DNA of 63,551 bases, filler included, from Rhabdomonas costata (lineage: Eukaryota): NCBI GenBank assembly GCA_019059605.1. It is 22 parts of 22 records of this genome, joined end to end, with 100 filler letters (N's around TTAATTAATTAA, not from the genome) between each part and the next. Parts side by side here need not be neighbours in the genome. Positions count along the whole stretch, not along the records: positions 26,071 to 28,865 come from JAHMHO010002046.1; positions 28,966 to 31,760 come from JAHMHO010002047.1; positions 31,861 to 34,654 come from JAHMHO010002048.1; positions 34,755 to 37,548 come from JAHMHO010002049.1; positions 37,649 to 40,441 come from JAHMHO010002050.1; 17 more parts are not named here. One strand, written 5' to 3'. The notes under the pieces were generated by a model. It did no database searches. It saw nothing but the letters and a program-made list of their open reading frames with translations, and had not been told where the DNA came from. Below are positions 26,071-38,391 of the stretch, in pieces (positions within the stretch are counted from its first letter, which is position 1; each line of letters opens with the position of its first letter). The translations under genes were made by a program, and so were the position numbers.

Positions 26071-27112
26071 GTTTGTGGGGGTGTTCTGCCCTGAGCCCAG
26101 ACGGTCCGGGTGTGGTGCCCGGGACGAGTCTGTGTATCAGCTTGTCTGCATCGTCCCCAGTGACTTAGCAGCTGACGGGTGTAGGTATCTCAATTGGCTC
26201 GCCCCTTTTGAGGAAAAGGGCCTGGATCTTCTCCAGATTCCTGCGGACGTCGACGTTAATTAGGGATCAAAGCATGCGGCATCCCCTACCCGGACTGCCT
26301 TGGTCCACACATTGCGCTGCCTTCATGAAAGTGGCGGCTTCCTGGGTGACTTCAGCCAGGGGCCGGTTGCCTTTATTCCTCCATACCAGCACGGTGTTCT
26401 TCCACAGTCCGAGAATGTCACCTGCATGCCAGCGAAGAAACCGCTTGCGCAGGAGGCGGTCAATGGCGCTTGAATTGGCATGCCCTCCACGGACTGTGGC
26501 GGCGAGAAGCAGATTCAATGTGAGTTAAAGACGAGTGAGGTTGGGTACGTCTGGATTGATGACAAATTCTAGCAGGCAATCTAGAAAAATGGTTGCCCAT
26601 TGCTGCATGTGTCCGTTGGGAATGTACGCGATAGTTTGCCAAGAGACTACGATCACTTCGTCCATCGAAGTCATGTTGCCTGGTGTAGCCACTGGTGTCG
26701 GACAGGGGGCCGTCTCCGGGCTACCTGCAGCTGATCGGGAGCGTTTCGCTGATTTTGGACCCTTGATCTCAGCAGGCATGCAGGTGGTGAGCATGGAGTG
26801 GACATCGTCATACTGGGCTCCAGCACTACCGGGTTCCAAGTTCATGGTTTCTGGGAGGGGTAGCGGTCCGCGGCAGGCCCATGCATTGGCCATGTCCACG
26901 GCTCTGAGTTGCGCAGCAGAAGGTTGGGGAAAAGCTTCTAAATAGAGGGGAGAGAGTGTTGTCAGAAGCCTAAATCGGCTACATCTACGGCTGCCCCCGG
27001 AGCGTTGGGAGGCTACATACCAGAGTTTGACCGAAAAATGATTAAACTCATCCAGCAAAAAGCATTCCAAAAAGCTTCCGGAAGACCGGTTCTGAAAAGC
27101 CGCCAATGTCAA
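26071..27112 (-). mobile_element. CRE/SLACS-like non-LTR retrotransposon, region preceding RT, with nonsense mutations
   Basis: One frame with three stops: RKRFLRWHAGDILGLW, QGSPGRGCRML, then PGTTPGPSGLRAEH (RT domain-0 motif xPGPSGLRxEH typical of early-branching CRE-type elements) at the contig edge. Confidence 0.75.
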
Positions 27113-28965
27113 AGGGAATCAGTTAGGCGTAAGCGCCGGAAACACCGAAACAAAAGGGCGCAAGGTCCGAAGCAGGGCGTTACCTGTTTGGTGTGCGTTG
27201 GTTTATGGGCGGCGCCGTTTCAAAATCGTTTGCTTGCGTTTTTCTCCGTGTCACGTGTCTCCTCGAGAATTTCCTGGTTAGGAGGCCAACGCGCATACAG
27301 CGATCTCGATGACGTTTTTCTTTCGCATTGTAATTCGTGCTTAAGCTCGAGAGTTCGAGGAATCACCAACATTTCTGACGGAAGTCTTGCCGAAGGACCG
27401 ACAAAATAACTCCCCGGCGATTTCCACTCGATCGATCCCATCTGTTTTTGTCACCTGTGCCCGATGTGAGCTCACGCTTTGTTGAACCAAAATGTTTTAT
27501 CCAAAACATTGACTCAAGGCTGCGTGAAGCCTCTTCTTACATGACAGACTGCGTTCTATTCAGCACGTGCGAAATAGGTGTACTCAGCTGGTGACACAAA
27601 ATCAAGCCTGGTTCGGCATGCAACAGCTACACGTCGCAGTATGGTAAACGTGTGCTTTTATGAACGGCTTGTTGGTCAGGACCACCAAATGAAACTGGTT
27701 AAGCTGATGGAAGAACAACTCTGAAGCTTGAGAACGGGTGAACTACACGCTGCCTTAGAGGAGTTAGGTAAGACGGACGGGGTATAAAGCCGAGAAAAAC
27801 AACACCAAAGTACCCTTCGAAAAGCGTAAAAATTAAATACCAAAGTCTACTGCACCAAAAGGCCCCGGCTTAAATCCAATTGGCGGCTTCAGCCGCCATT
27901 TTTTGCTTCAGTGGTTGCCGATCTGGTTAAATGAAGATAAGAATGATATGCTTGAATACACCTGTTGCCAGAATTGAAAGCAGCAGATCAAAAAGTGGTA
28001 AAATAAGCAAAAGGAGATAAGTCAGAACCACCGCTCCCAGTCAAAAGAAAGCGCAAGAAAAACTTAAAACAGAGCCATTGGGGTTGTGGGAACTTCGGCG
28101 GCGGATCCATGATCACGCGATTCCCATGCCTGATGTATATGGGCTTTTATAGGCCTTTTGTTGAGCACACCGGTCCGCAAGAAAATCCACTGCCCCCATA
28201 CCACTCCGCATGGGCTTCACACCGGCGGCGGTCGAGAGCCAAGCCGGGCTACTAGTATTGGTGTGAAGCCCCCAGCCAGGCCTGGAATCAGACTAGCGCC
28301 CTGGGAGCCGCGAGCTCGGCCCCTGCATTAGCAGACATAAGACAGGCCATTTCTGATTCCTGGTTAATGGCGGTGTTCGGAAACTATTTAACGGAGAACA
28401 GGAGGGCCCTAAAAAGTTTGGGGAGGCTGTTTCGAGGCATCCGGTACGCCGCAGCGGTATCACAGAAGCGCAAAAGGGCCGAATATAAGAGAGGGGGCTT
28501 CTATGTGAGTCGCGCTGGCAGACAAAAGAAAAAGAACGCATCCCACACGACAGTTTTCAAGGCAAAAGGAACAGGCGCACGGCGGCGCAGGCAAGTGCAG
28601 AAGAGTGTGTGTGGCGGTGGCAAACTCGAGAGGGAGGGAGGCCGCAGGTCTCGCGCCAAGGCGCGGGCGGCGAGAAAATGCCAAAGCCCACCACAGCAAT
28701 ACACACACAGAAGCCGGAAAGACGAAGCCCGGAAAAACAGGCACGCCATGAGGGTGCAACAGCTTTTACAATGGGGGATCTCAACCAAAAACAATGCGCA
28801 AGGCGGCCAGTGGCAAAGACAGAAACAGTGCAGACTATGCCGCGGACCGCTACCCCACCCAAAACNNNNNNNNNNNNNNNNNNNNNNNNNNNNNNNNNNN
28901 NNNNNNNNNTTAATTAATTAANNNNNNNNNNNNNNNNNNNNNNNNNNNNNNNNNNNNNNNNNNNN

Positions 28966-31540
28966 GGGCGTCCCAAGTGAGCCTGTAGTCCGCCTCCACT
29001 TGCTTCAGCATGACGACGCGGAGCCCAGGAGACACCGCATCAAGGTCGATGGTATCCTCAACCTGGACAAATTAGCGGAGGGCAAATCAGAAGAAAACAC
29101 AGGAACAAAACCATGATGTACTGGCTTTCAATATCTCCTCATAGTATTCACAACCACGACTCGTTTTATTCTTCTTGGTTTTTTGGTGGCTCAGCGACGA
29201 GTTCTCTGCAGGTCCTGCTGGCGTAAACACGTGAGTGATTGTTGAGAAGGGCACACAGCAGTGAAGCCGCAAGTAGAACAAGCAAGCAAGAATAAATTGG
29301 ACCGGATGCATTACCGCATCAGTGTGAAGGTGTGTATGCGCATATGTACAGGGAGGAGGTCCGTTTGCGCACCCTGGTCGTCAGCAAGGGCTCCAGAAGA
29401 ACCTCCTTCTCATGACTAAAATCGGAAAAGTCCGCCACAAGAAACGCATCACGGTCCACATCCATCTGGAACACCACCCGCGGGCCAGATTCTCCGCAGA
29501 AGGCGTCCTTTGACAGCACGTTCTCATCCACAGTAGTGCTGGTGAAACCGTAGTTGATGACAAACTTGCCTCGGGCGAACCTCTCCTCGAAATCCGGTCG
29601 CACCCCCCGCTCCCCGCGGAAGACCTTGCCGCTGTAGCGGTATTTCTCGGGGAGCCCGCGGAGAGCACCCAAAAGCAACCTGCCAGGCAGGGGGGGGCCA
29701 GCGATAATGCACGGAGTGGCACCGCTACAGGAATTCAGAAGCTCGTAATTTTCGCCTGGGTGGAACTCCGGTCTTGTGACCAGAGCAAAATAATTAAGAG
29801 GTGCGTGTATGTGTTGGGCGCTGACTGTTGCCTGACTGACTGTTTGAACGCAACCGACTGCACGCTCTATTTGCCTAGGGACGTATTCCTTCGGAGCTCA
29901 CAGATACCGTGGATTCCGGCTGATCGCTGTGCGCAGTGGGGTGCTCGATGGCCTGCTTCTTCCTCTGCCCACCTTTCCATCTCTGTGCGCGGCCGTGCTC
30001 ATCGCGCTATGTCCTATGTAAGGTTCACTGTCAGGCCCCGCCGTGCCAGCACCGCACCCTGAGTATCCCCATTATTGGCTTCTGACCTGTCCTCCTGTGT
30101 GTGTTCGCAAGGATCTGACGTTGCTTTTTTTGGGGGGGGGGAGTCGGATGATTTTTTTCTTCGTTTTTCTGTCGTAAAATTGGAATTCGAACAAAATAAC
30201 GGCAAAAAACTATAAACGCTATTAATGACATAAAGCTTTCGTCATGTATGTGTGCATAAACAGAAACAAACATAGAACTTGCCATTTTTAATGCGCAAAA
30301 TAACCAACTCGAGAAAACGAGGTAATCGAAACACCTAAAAGAAAAAATTTCCAAAAAAATCAGTTTTTTCACAGCACGATTTTCACAGACACCCTGTGCC
30401 TGCAAGCACATTTTTTGTGTTTCAGAACAGGAACACATGAGGTCATCGATGCGTCAAATGCTAAAGGAGATTCCAGACCACCACGAGCTCATCCAAGGCA
30501 AACCTGAGATAAGGCAGCACCGGGGCAAGGGTACCCCTGGAGCGATCTGGGCGCCGCAAGCTGGAGTTGACGATATGGTACATCGTCGACATCGTGTACA
30601 GCTGAATGCTCGCCAATCGATCCACGGTGCCCAGCTCTGGCCGCTTCCCGAACTCCCTGGTGGCTCGGCGGACGCACGTCAGAGCCTCTTCTATCAAAAC
30701 GGAGGTCACCTGGCGCTTTGTTGATTCCAAGCCCTCCGTGTGAGTGTACTCAAAACCCAACATGCCCTCCACAGCCTCTCGGAGAGTGCCCTCGGGAACA
30801 CCGTCCAAAAGTCCTACCATGGAGCCTGGCTGGGCAGCACCGGAGTAGCTGTCCATGATGCGTCCCGCCATCGGGGAGTAGTGCCTCGAAAACTCTGTGA
30901 ACCCTCCTTGAGGAAAATTGAACACAACTCTCGTCGGGGCCATCGCCATGGGCTTCTCAAGGCTGACCAAGGAAGCCAGGGTGGTCACCTCTTCCTTGGA
31001 GAACATGACCTTATGCGTGGCCAGAACAGGAAAGGGGTCCCAAACCACAAGAGAGTCGTAGCCCTGAAACTGACGCCGCATCCCGTCAAACCCAGCGTGG
31101 ATAAGGCATGGCACCTTCTCCATGGCTGGGTTCTGTGCGACCCGACACACATACGCAAAGCCGATAAGAATGGTGACCTGCTCCCTGACTTGCGCAGCAA
31201 GCTTCTGCAAGTTTGGCTTGGTCCACTCTTGCAGCAGCAACCCAACAAAAGAGGACCTCAGCCTCGTTTGATCGATGGTGGTGAGGTCGGTGGCGTCTGA
31301 GGGCAGTTCGGCAAAGCACCAGCACCGTCGAGGTTCAAACAGGAAGCGACCCCGAACATTTGGGGTACCATCTTTGAACCTTCGCACCACAGCAGCTTTT
31401 GCCTTGGAAAAGACACTTTCGACATCTGGGATTCTGCCCAAACTCCAGGAAAAAGGCAGCTCTTTAGGAAAAGAAGAGACATCACTGGGCTCCAGGCGAC
31501 CCGCTTCGGCATCAGCAATGATGCTGTCCATGCTCTGCAA
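28966..31540 (-). CDS. NAD:arginine-type (R-S-E) ADP-ribosyltransferase with long N-terminal region; exons ~31540-30504, 29679-29373, 29062-28966
   Basis: The spliced product reads ASIQLYT..YHIVNSSLR...PYLR|LLLGALRGLP....VFRG....GFTSTT....FSDFSHEKEVLLEP. The R, STT and ExE catalytic motifs are intact, and the GT-AG introns are in phase. The 5' boundary is uncertain. Confidence 0.88.
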
Positions 31541-32405
31541 TGAGCACATTGAGCATTGGTTGGGCTGCCCTAAATTACACCGAAACTCCAGAAGGTGGCC
31601 CGTGCGGCAGTGCAGTTCCACGGCACGAAAATTCGACCTCACCTGTGTCCAGAGCAGCCCCCTCCAGAGCCACACGTGCATCACACCCCCCCGTCATTTG
31701 CAGAAGCTGTGCCCCCAAAGGTTTCCAGATTCCAAACCGGCTTGGTGAAGGTAAGTGGTCNNNNNNNNNNNNNNNNNNNNNNNNNNNNNNNNNNNNNNNN
31801 NNNNTTAATTAATTAANNNNNNNNNNNNNNNNNNNNNNNNNNNNNNNNNNNNNNNNNNNNTGTTTTGTGTGGTGGCGCTTCGCGCGGAGACTGACAAGAT
31901 ACATCCACGGTTGCGTATATCCCCCTCCTCCCCGTCACAGCCATGCGAATCACGCAAAAGCAAAATGCTTGTCAGGGAAAATTCGAATTTCAGCACGTAT
32001 TTTGCCCCTTTCCACGCATTATTTATACTGCTGCTACTGAACGCAAGATTCTCTTGCCGATAGCAGACTGAAAGGGGATTCAGTATTCCGAAGGTTTTGA
32101 CCACCCTCGACCACATTTCCCACTCTTGATAAAACATTCCCAAGTCTTGATACAACACCACCGCTCTCGACCGAGCCAACATTTCCAAAAAAAAAATACC
32201 GCTGGTCATTGTGGTGCACAATTCTATTTTACGGCAGTACGCACTCACTGCAGAAGCATGCCTTGGCCATACACAACTGCACAGGAACAACCCAACGGCA
32301 GAAGATGCTTCCGTGACACAGCAAAGGCGGTGTCTCACCCCCGGACCCCGGACCCGGGACCCCCGGAGGCATACCGACTCCGAAGCCGACCAGCACCGGG
32401 CACAC

Positions 32406-33570
32406 CATCTTGCCCAGCTTCTTCCAGTTCGTGCCCCTCCGGGGGCGTCGGCGGGTGCCCCTGGCCGCGGCAATCGCGGCCTTCTCGGCGTCTGCGCTGA
32501 AGTCGTCCTCGAAGATGCTCCGCACAAGGGTCACCAGGGCCATCCCGTCGCACACGCAGTGGTGGACCCGCCAGAACAGCATGCACCCGCCCCAGGGCAC
32601 GTTGTCCACGCGGTAGACCTACCACAACATCCCGTTCTGAATAAAGAGAGACAGTTAATACAAAAAGAATCACAACCATTGTGAAGTAATGAGTTGCCAT
32701 CATAATAACGTTGGAGCAGAACGCCACGAGGTAAAGAGGTGCAATTGAATGGGTGTTTGACAGATTAGCAAAGATCGACAAAGATCACAGAGGTTTGTTC
32801 AACTGAGCGGGCAATAACGCGGAAAAAAACGAAAAAAGAGCGGGAAGGGGAGAGGAAGAGAGAGAGAGGAGAGAGGAAAAGTGAGTAAAGATGCGAAAGC
32901 AGCGCAGAGCGAAAAAAACCTTCCCTTGCAACGACAAGAAACCAGAAAAGTCGCCTGAGAGTGGTTATCTGGTTGTCCGTTCAATCCAAACCAAATCAAA
33001 AGAATACAGCAGAGGATGGCGCCGTGCTTTATAACCATGACTAAATAGAGCCACAGTTCAAGTGGGCCACGAACCCTCAACCCAGGTTAACCCTGTTTCT
33101 CGAGGGCAAGAAATCCACATGAAAGTATAAGGGAGCGTTCACCAAAGCGCATATGGCACATGACGTCATGACGCTATTGCAAGTAAAATCTTGCTACCTG
33201 CGCTACCAATTGGCAGCACAGTTCCAGAATTCACTTAAGCTTCGCGAACTGATAGTGAACTGATAGTGGGTGAGTTCCCCTCGGTGCATGAGCAATGAGG
33301 CGCTTTCAGAAAAATCCTTCGCCCGAAGGACGCACCCTATGCTATGTGTGTTGAAGCTAGGTGGCTTTCCGATGGTTCTCAGGCCCCGAAGTCATCGTGC
33401 AAGAGCACAAAAATCCATTGATCAGGGAACCAGCAAGAGACAAAAAAAGTGTGAGTGCGGGTGGAGGGGGGCAGCATACATCTTTGCCCAGAGGCTCATT
33501 GGCGACCTGGTCAATGAAGTTGTACAGGGCGGTCTGGGAAGCCTCTGGGAGGCGAACTTGCTCCACACAC
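32406..33570 (-). CDS. Wax ester synthase/diacylglycerol acyltransferase (WS/DGAT) fragment; exons 33570-33480 and 32636 (or 32618)-32406
   Basis: VEQVRLPEASQTALYNFIDQVANEPLGKD, then VYRVDN...LFWRVHHCVCDGMAL with the HHxxxDG active-site motif. Confidence 0.82.
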
Positions 33571-34062
33571 CTGCAAAGGGCAAATGCAGCACGAGAAACC
33601 CAACCAACACTAACCTTCCCCGTTACCTTAACCATAATCCATAATTTGTCAAAATGAAGGAGCAACACAACAGTTGGCGGTAGACACCTTTTCTCGGAAA
33701 AAATATGCCACAGCCACGCCAGAGTCACAAATGTGAAGCCACTCGCAGTGATCTGAGGGGGGAATCCAAGGAGAGGGGAGGGGTGCGAAGCGCTGTGGCA
33801 CGAGTCCTCAGTGGAAAGCCAATCCCTCGCTTTTGGTGTCGAAGGAGGAAGAGGATGAGCGGTCAGCAGCACCCGTCGGAGGGGGAACAACAGGCAGCCA
33901 CGCACCGTATTGACAAAGGATTCTCTGTACACTGTACAAATACACACTGAGCAAAAAACTTAAAGGGAATGTCGAGGGATGGCATGCGAGTGATTGGAAT
34001 GAATGGTTCTAAAGCGACCCGCCCAGCAAAGCTACTGTACCGGAGCCATCGCTCCGCTCCAT

Positions 34063-34492
34063 TTAGAAATAAAACTCGGGGACGTACAGCGGGGAGGACG
34101 GCTGGCCGACTTTCTTCTTCTTCTTCGGCAGCAGCCCATCGCTGGAAACGCTGGTGAGCAGAGGCTTGCACCCCGTAACTAAACCAAAGAGAAAAGCCTC
34201 AGGACATCCCCTCTTGCTCTTTGTTTCGGGTGAAAGAGCAACTTCCACAGAAAAAGACAAGTACAGGAGCTTTGCGTTCGACCTTTTTAGAAACCCATCA
34301 AAACGCAGTCCGTGTGTGCAGTCCGTCAGCCCACGACCCGCGGAAACATGTTCGAACACAATTCGTGTTGTGAGATCTGCACTCTTTCCCGTTCCAGCAG
34401 GAAGGAGAACCCCTTCGGAAACAAAGCATGTCCCTGAATGCCAACCAACCTGAGGGGCCCGGCGTGGCAGCTTTGGGGACGTGGAGGGCATC
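34063..34492 (-). CDS. Last two exons of an unidentified gene (basic KKKKK tract, TAA stop)
   Basis: cag|DALHVPKAATPGPS|gt...tag|VTGCKPLLTSVSSDGLLPKKKKKVGQPSSPLYVPEFYF*. Phases are compatible and codons are GC3-rich. Confidence 0.45.
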
Positions 34493-36074
34493 CTGAAGCA
34501 AAACGATGAAGTAAGGGTGAGGAAACAAGAATGACGAACGATGAAACGAAGTGAGAAGAAATGTCACAAGGAATCTAAGCAAACTGGTTGTTTCCTCTGT
34601 TAATCCCAAATATTGCCTGTTCCAACAGAGGTAAATAAAAGTGTAACCAAAAACNNNNNNNNNNNNNNNNNNNNNNNNNNNNNNNNNNNNNNNNNNNNTT
34701 AATTAATTAANNNNNNNNNNNNNNNNNNNNNNNNNNNNNNNNNNNNNNNNNNNNGGTTGGGGGGAGAGAAAAGCTGCCCTCCAACAGCTGCACACGCACA
34801 CACGGTTGGAAGCGGAGGGAGAGCGGGAATTGGGGTCCCCGGGGATGGAGCCAGACATAAGGAGGGCATGAATACGTCGGGTGATCTGGGCCGAGATGCC
34901 CCTCCTCGACGTGCTCTCCCAGGGATGACCTCTCGCCACACAGACAGTGGGGAGCTGCGGAATTCCCGCGACTTAGCTACCACACACAGCAGCTACACGA
35001 ACCCAGCGTGCTGAGTGGGAGCATTCAAATTACGGCCGAATACGAAACATGAAACACAAAAAACAAACACGGACACACATCAACGCCTTTGGAGAACGCA
35101 AATGGAAAGAGTGAGGAATAATGGGATCGTGGGAGGGCTGCCAAATTGCCGCGCCTGATGCTGATGAAGAGGAGTCGATGCACCCACCCACACACCCGCA
35201 CACTTTGCGCACTGTGCACGGAAGACTTTTCTATGATTTTCTCCCTAACCCTAACCCCAACCAGCGACCATGTGGGTTGCTGAACGGGGTTCGCCGGTAC
35301 ACCAGAACTCTTCCGAAGCCGTGCCAGAATTATCATAAAAAAATAGGCTCATGCCTCGAGGTTTCCGGAGGTCGCCATGAAAGCACGGATCTCCTTCCGC
35401 AACGTGCGGTCCAGCGCGGCATCCTGGGAGCTCTCCCGGCTCGTTTGTGGGGCCTTGGGGTTGGCTGGAGCTGCCCCAACCCCCGACATACAAATGCGGA
35501 ACCACGCGGGAATTACATCTCGAATGCACAGAATGCATTGCTGGAGGGGCAAGGCAGCGCAATGCAACAAAGCTTTGTGTGAGCACGAGGAGCCTAGACG
35601 GGGTCTAATACATTTTTTGGGGAGTGTTTAATGCTAAACGGTCTACATCGTAAAACAGTCAACGTGCTTCGTACCAAAAACCATGCTTTAAATATCCCAG
35701 GGCGGCATCTCGGGCGGTGGTGGCCAGTTTACTCAACCCCTGACAGACACTTGGGCTTCAGGTAGCAAGATAGCATCAGAAGGTGACGAAGCGGGCTGCC
35801 GGGCAAGTATTACCAAATTCGCAAGGAATCGCAAATCTAGTGCCCATTCGCCCATCCATGCTGAGTCCACAAAATCCTTGAGGGACTCCCATGGGGTTTA
35901 CATTCGAAGCGGTGGTTTTACACACAACAGCTGCCATTGTGGAGAACCGTGCCCCTTTGGTAGGGATGATGCGAGGGAGTCAGAGGGCAGCAAAAATGTC
36001 CTACAGGGGGACGCAAATGACAACTACGACAGGATATCAGTCTCACAGGCGAAACAAGGCGACGCCCGGTTCAA

Positions 36075-36820
36075 CTATAAGCTATGAGCAATTGTGAGCA
36101 GCTCTATCAGCACGGGATGAAAAAGGGAGTCACCCGAGAATTGGCTCTGGCTGTGGAGGGCGTTGTAGATGCGGTCGTAGTTGGAGTTCGCGTTGTTCAG
36201 GGGGGAGGGGATGAACGCCGTGCTGGAGGTCGCGCTGGCTGCCGAGCGCGCCCCCAGTAGCACGGCGTTCATTCTGCGGCGGGCCTGCTCCTGCACGGCA
36301 AACTCCTGCAAAAGTGAAGGGGCAAAATGCGTACTCCTTGGATAGCTGGATAGCTGCAAAATGGAGAGGATATGGTTTCTGTGATCACACAATGCGGTAA
36401 TTGCTGCAAAGTACTGATTTGGAAGAACAGTGATATCAAAAATCGAAGTGGGTTTCTCTGTTAACCTACTGGATTGTTTAATTTCCTGGAATTCTAGGAG
36501 CTACGGGTATTTTGCTTCTAGTTCCTGATAATCCAAATGAAAGTGCGGATGGTAACACATACAGAGAGAGTTCAGAGGGAGAGGAAAGTCTTAGTATGTA
36601 AAAGTGCTTGGAATCCTCCGGAATCCTCCCACAAAGAGAGGACGTCTTTGTATTGGAGAAAAAGAGGGGGAGAAGGACTGGTGTTTGAGATGTGCAGCAG
36701 AACCCTGCCCCGGGTGGGGTAGGGCAGTCACACAGCTTGAGCGGACCTGCCTCTGGCGCTCCTCGCGGGCCAGGATCGAGGAGAAGGCCTTCAGAGTGGC
36801 ATCTAGGAACTCCGTATCCC
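36075..36820 (-). CDS. Exons of an unidentified protein
   Basis: GC3-rich segments DTEFLDATLKAFSSILAREERQRQ|gtccgc and cag|EFAVQEQARRRMNAVLL...YDRIYNALHSQSQ join in phase 0. Confidence 0.55.
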
Positions 36821-38100
36821 TACCCCACCGCACACCACAGATACGGAATAAAATGTGACAATTGAGCTTTACGCCAGCTGCTCCCTACCCGGGCAACCCT
36901 TGGGGTTCAGAAATCAGAGTGCGGGAGGAGCATCGTTTTCTGATCAGCAACGTTCAGTTCGGCCTGCAGCACTGCAGCGGAAAGTAACTGTAATCGTAAA
37001 AGAAAAAATTAAAACAGCACTGTCCCTTATACTCATGCAAACTGCCGTGGAGGGCATCCCTAGAGTGAGAAAATGCATTGGAGGGGGTGGGGGTGCGTCA
37101 TACGTTCAGATTAAACGTCGTTGCTGGGCTTTTGCGGAGAAAGTAGACAGGATGGTATTAAGTTGCGGAGACCAGTCCGCAGCGGGGCCATGTTTTAACA
37201 TCACGCAATGTTTAGCGGTGGGCAAGTTAACTCCCTTCTCCCCTCAAAAAATTCCGGAGTTAATATTTGCACAGCGATTGAATGAAATCCAAAAAAAAAA
37301 ATCACCGGTTGCAGCAGCAGGCAGCAGGCACGACGCGCTTTTCGTCATGCCGGCTGTTTCTACACAAATATGACATGAGATAAGAAGGACCCAAGGTTTG
37401 TCTTTCATATGATTCTTTCTTTATCATTCCTTCTCCGATCCCGCTGTCACTGCGCAGTCTGTATCTCCTCCCACAAAAAGTGCCCGCAAGAATCAAAGTT
37501 TGCTTGGTGAAGAGCTCCTCCGTGGACGTGCCCAGCGCGGCACTGCGGNNNNNNNNNNNNNNNNNNNNNNNNNNNNNNNNNNNNNNNNNNNNTTAATTAA
37601 TTAANNNNNNNNNNNNNNNNNNNNNNNNNNNNNNNNNNNNNNNNNNNNGGGGTTGATCACTCATAGACTCTCGTTTCGGTGTTGTTTCTGGCTAATTAAG
37701 CGATTGCTTTGCACATCCAGGACAGCGGTAGGACCATATGCGCAGATTTACGCCCCCTCAGGGCACTCCCTGACCCCCGAAATATCACCACACATTGGCT
37801 TTTCTCATTATCCCTCAGTTACAGTGGTAAAGCAAGAGATATGTTTCATTGTCTGTAATTAAAACGGGGACCGCTGATATGTCCGAGCTTCGCGCCCTGC
37901 GGACCTACTTCTCGGGTCTTTCGGTTCCGTCCTCCTCGCGCTGGACTTCTCAGACGTTCACTCTGCATTTTAACGCTTCATTGGCGGCGATGACGGCTGG
38001 GAGTGCAATTGAGAGGCGTGCCAAAGGAAAGTAAATTGAGTACAGGGAGGTGTGCCAAGCGGTTGGGTGGGATTTTCCCCAATTGTTGTGGGTCGTGGAG

Positions 38101-38160
38101 ACCCTAACCCTAATCCTAACTCTAAACCTTTTCCTAACCCAACCTAACCCTAACCCAGCC
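38101..38160 (+). repeat. Degenerate interstitial (TAACCC)n telomere-like tract
   Basis: accctaaccctaatcctaactctaaacc...cctaacccaacctaaccctaaccc. Shorter relatives occur at 35244-35262 and, on the opposite strand, 42905-42953. Confidence 0.8.
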
Positions 38161-38391
38161 ATGTGTTGTGACACAGTTCTGAGTTTACGGTGTACATTCT
38201 TTACCTTTTTAAACCTGGCCAACTCTGATTAAGGCTGTAAGTGTCTTGTGATGCACTGGGGTGAATGGTTTTAGGTTATGATGCAACCCGAAATATTTCA
38301 AACTGCCACGACAGGTCAGGAGAGCATTGCCATGCGCAGAAGCAACTCGAATGGTGGGAATTGGGTGGGAAGGCGTTGGGGCATGCGAGAC

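Noticed and set aside
34063-34065. TAA as a second recoded stop within WS/DGAT
   Set aside because: It is more simply the true terminator of an upstream gene whose exon phases fit.
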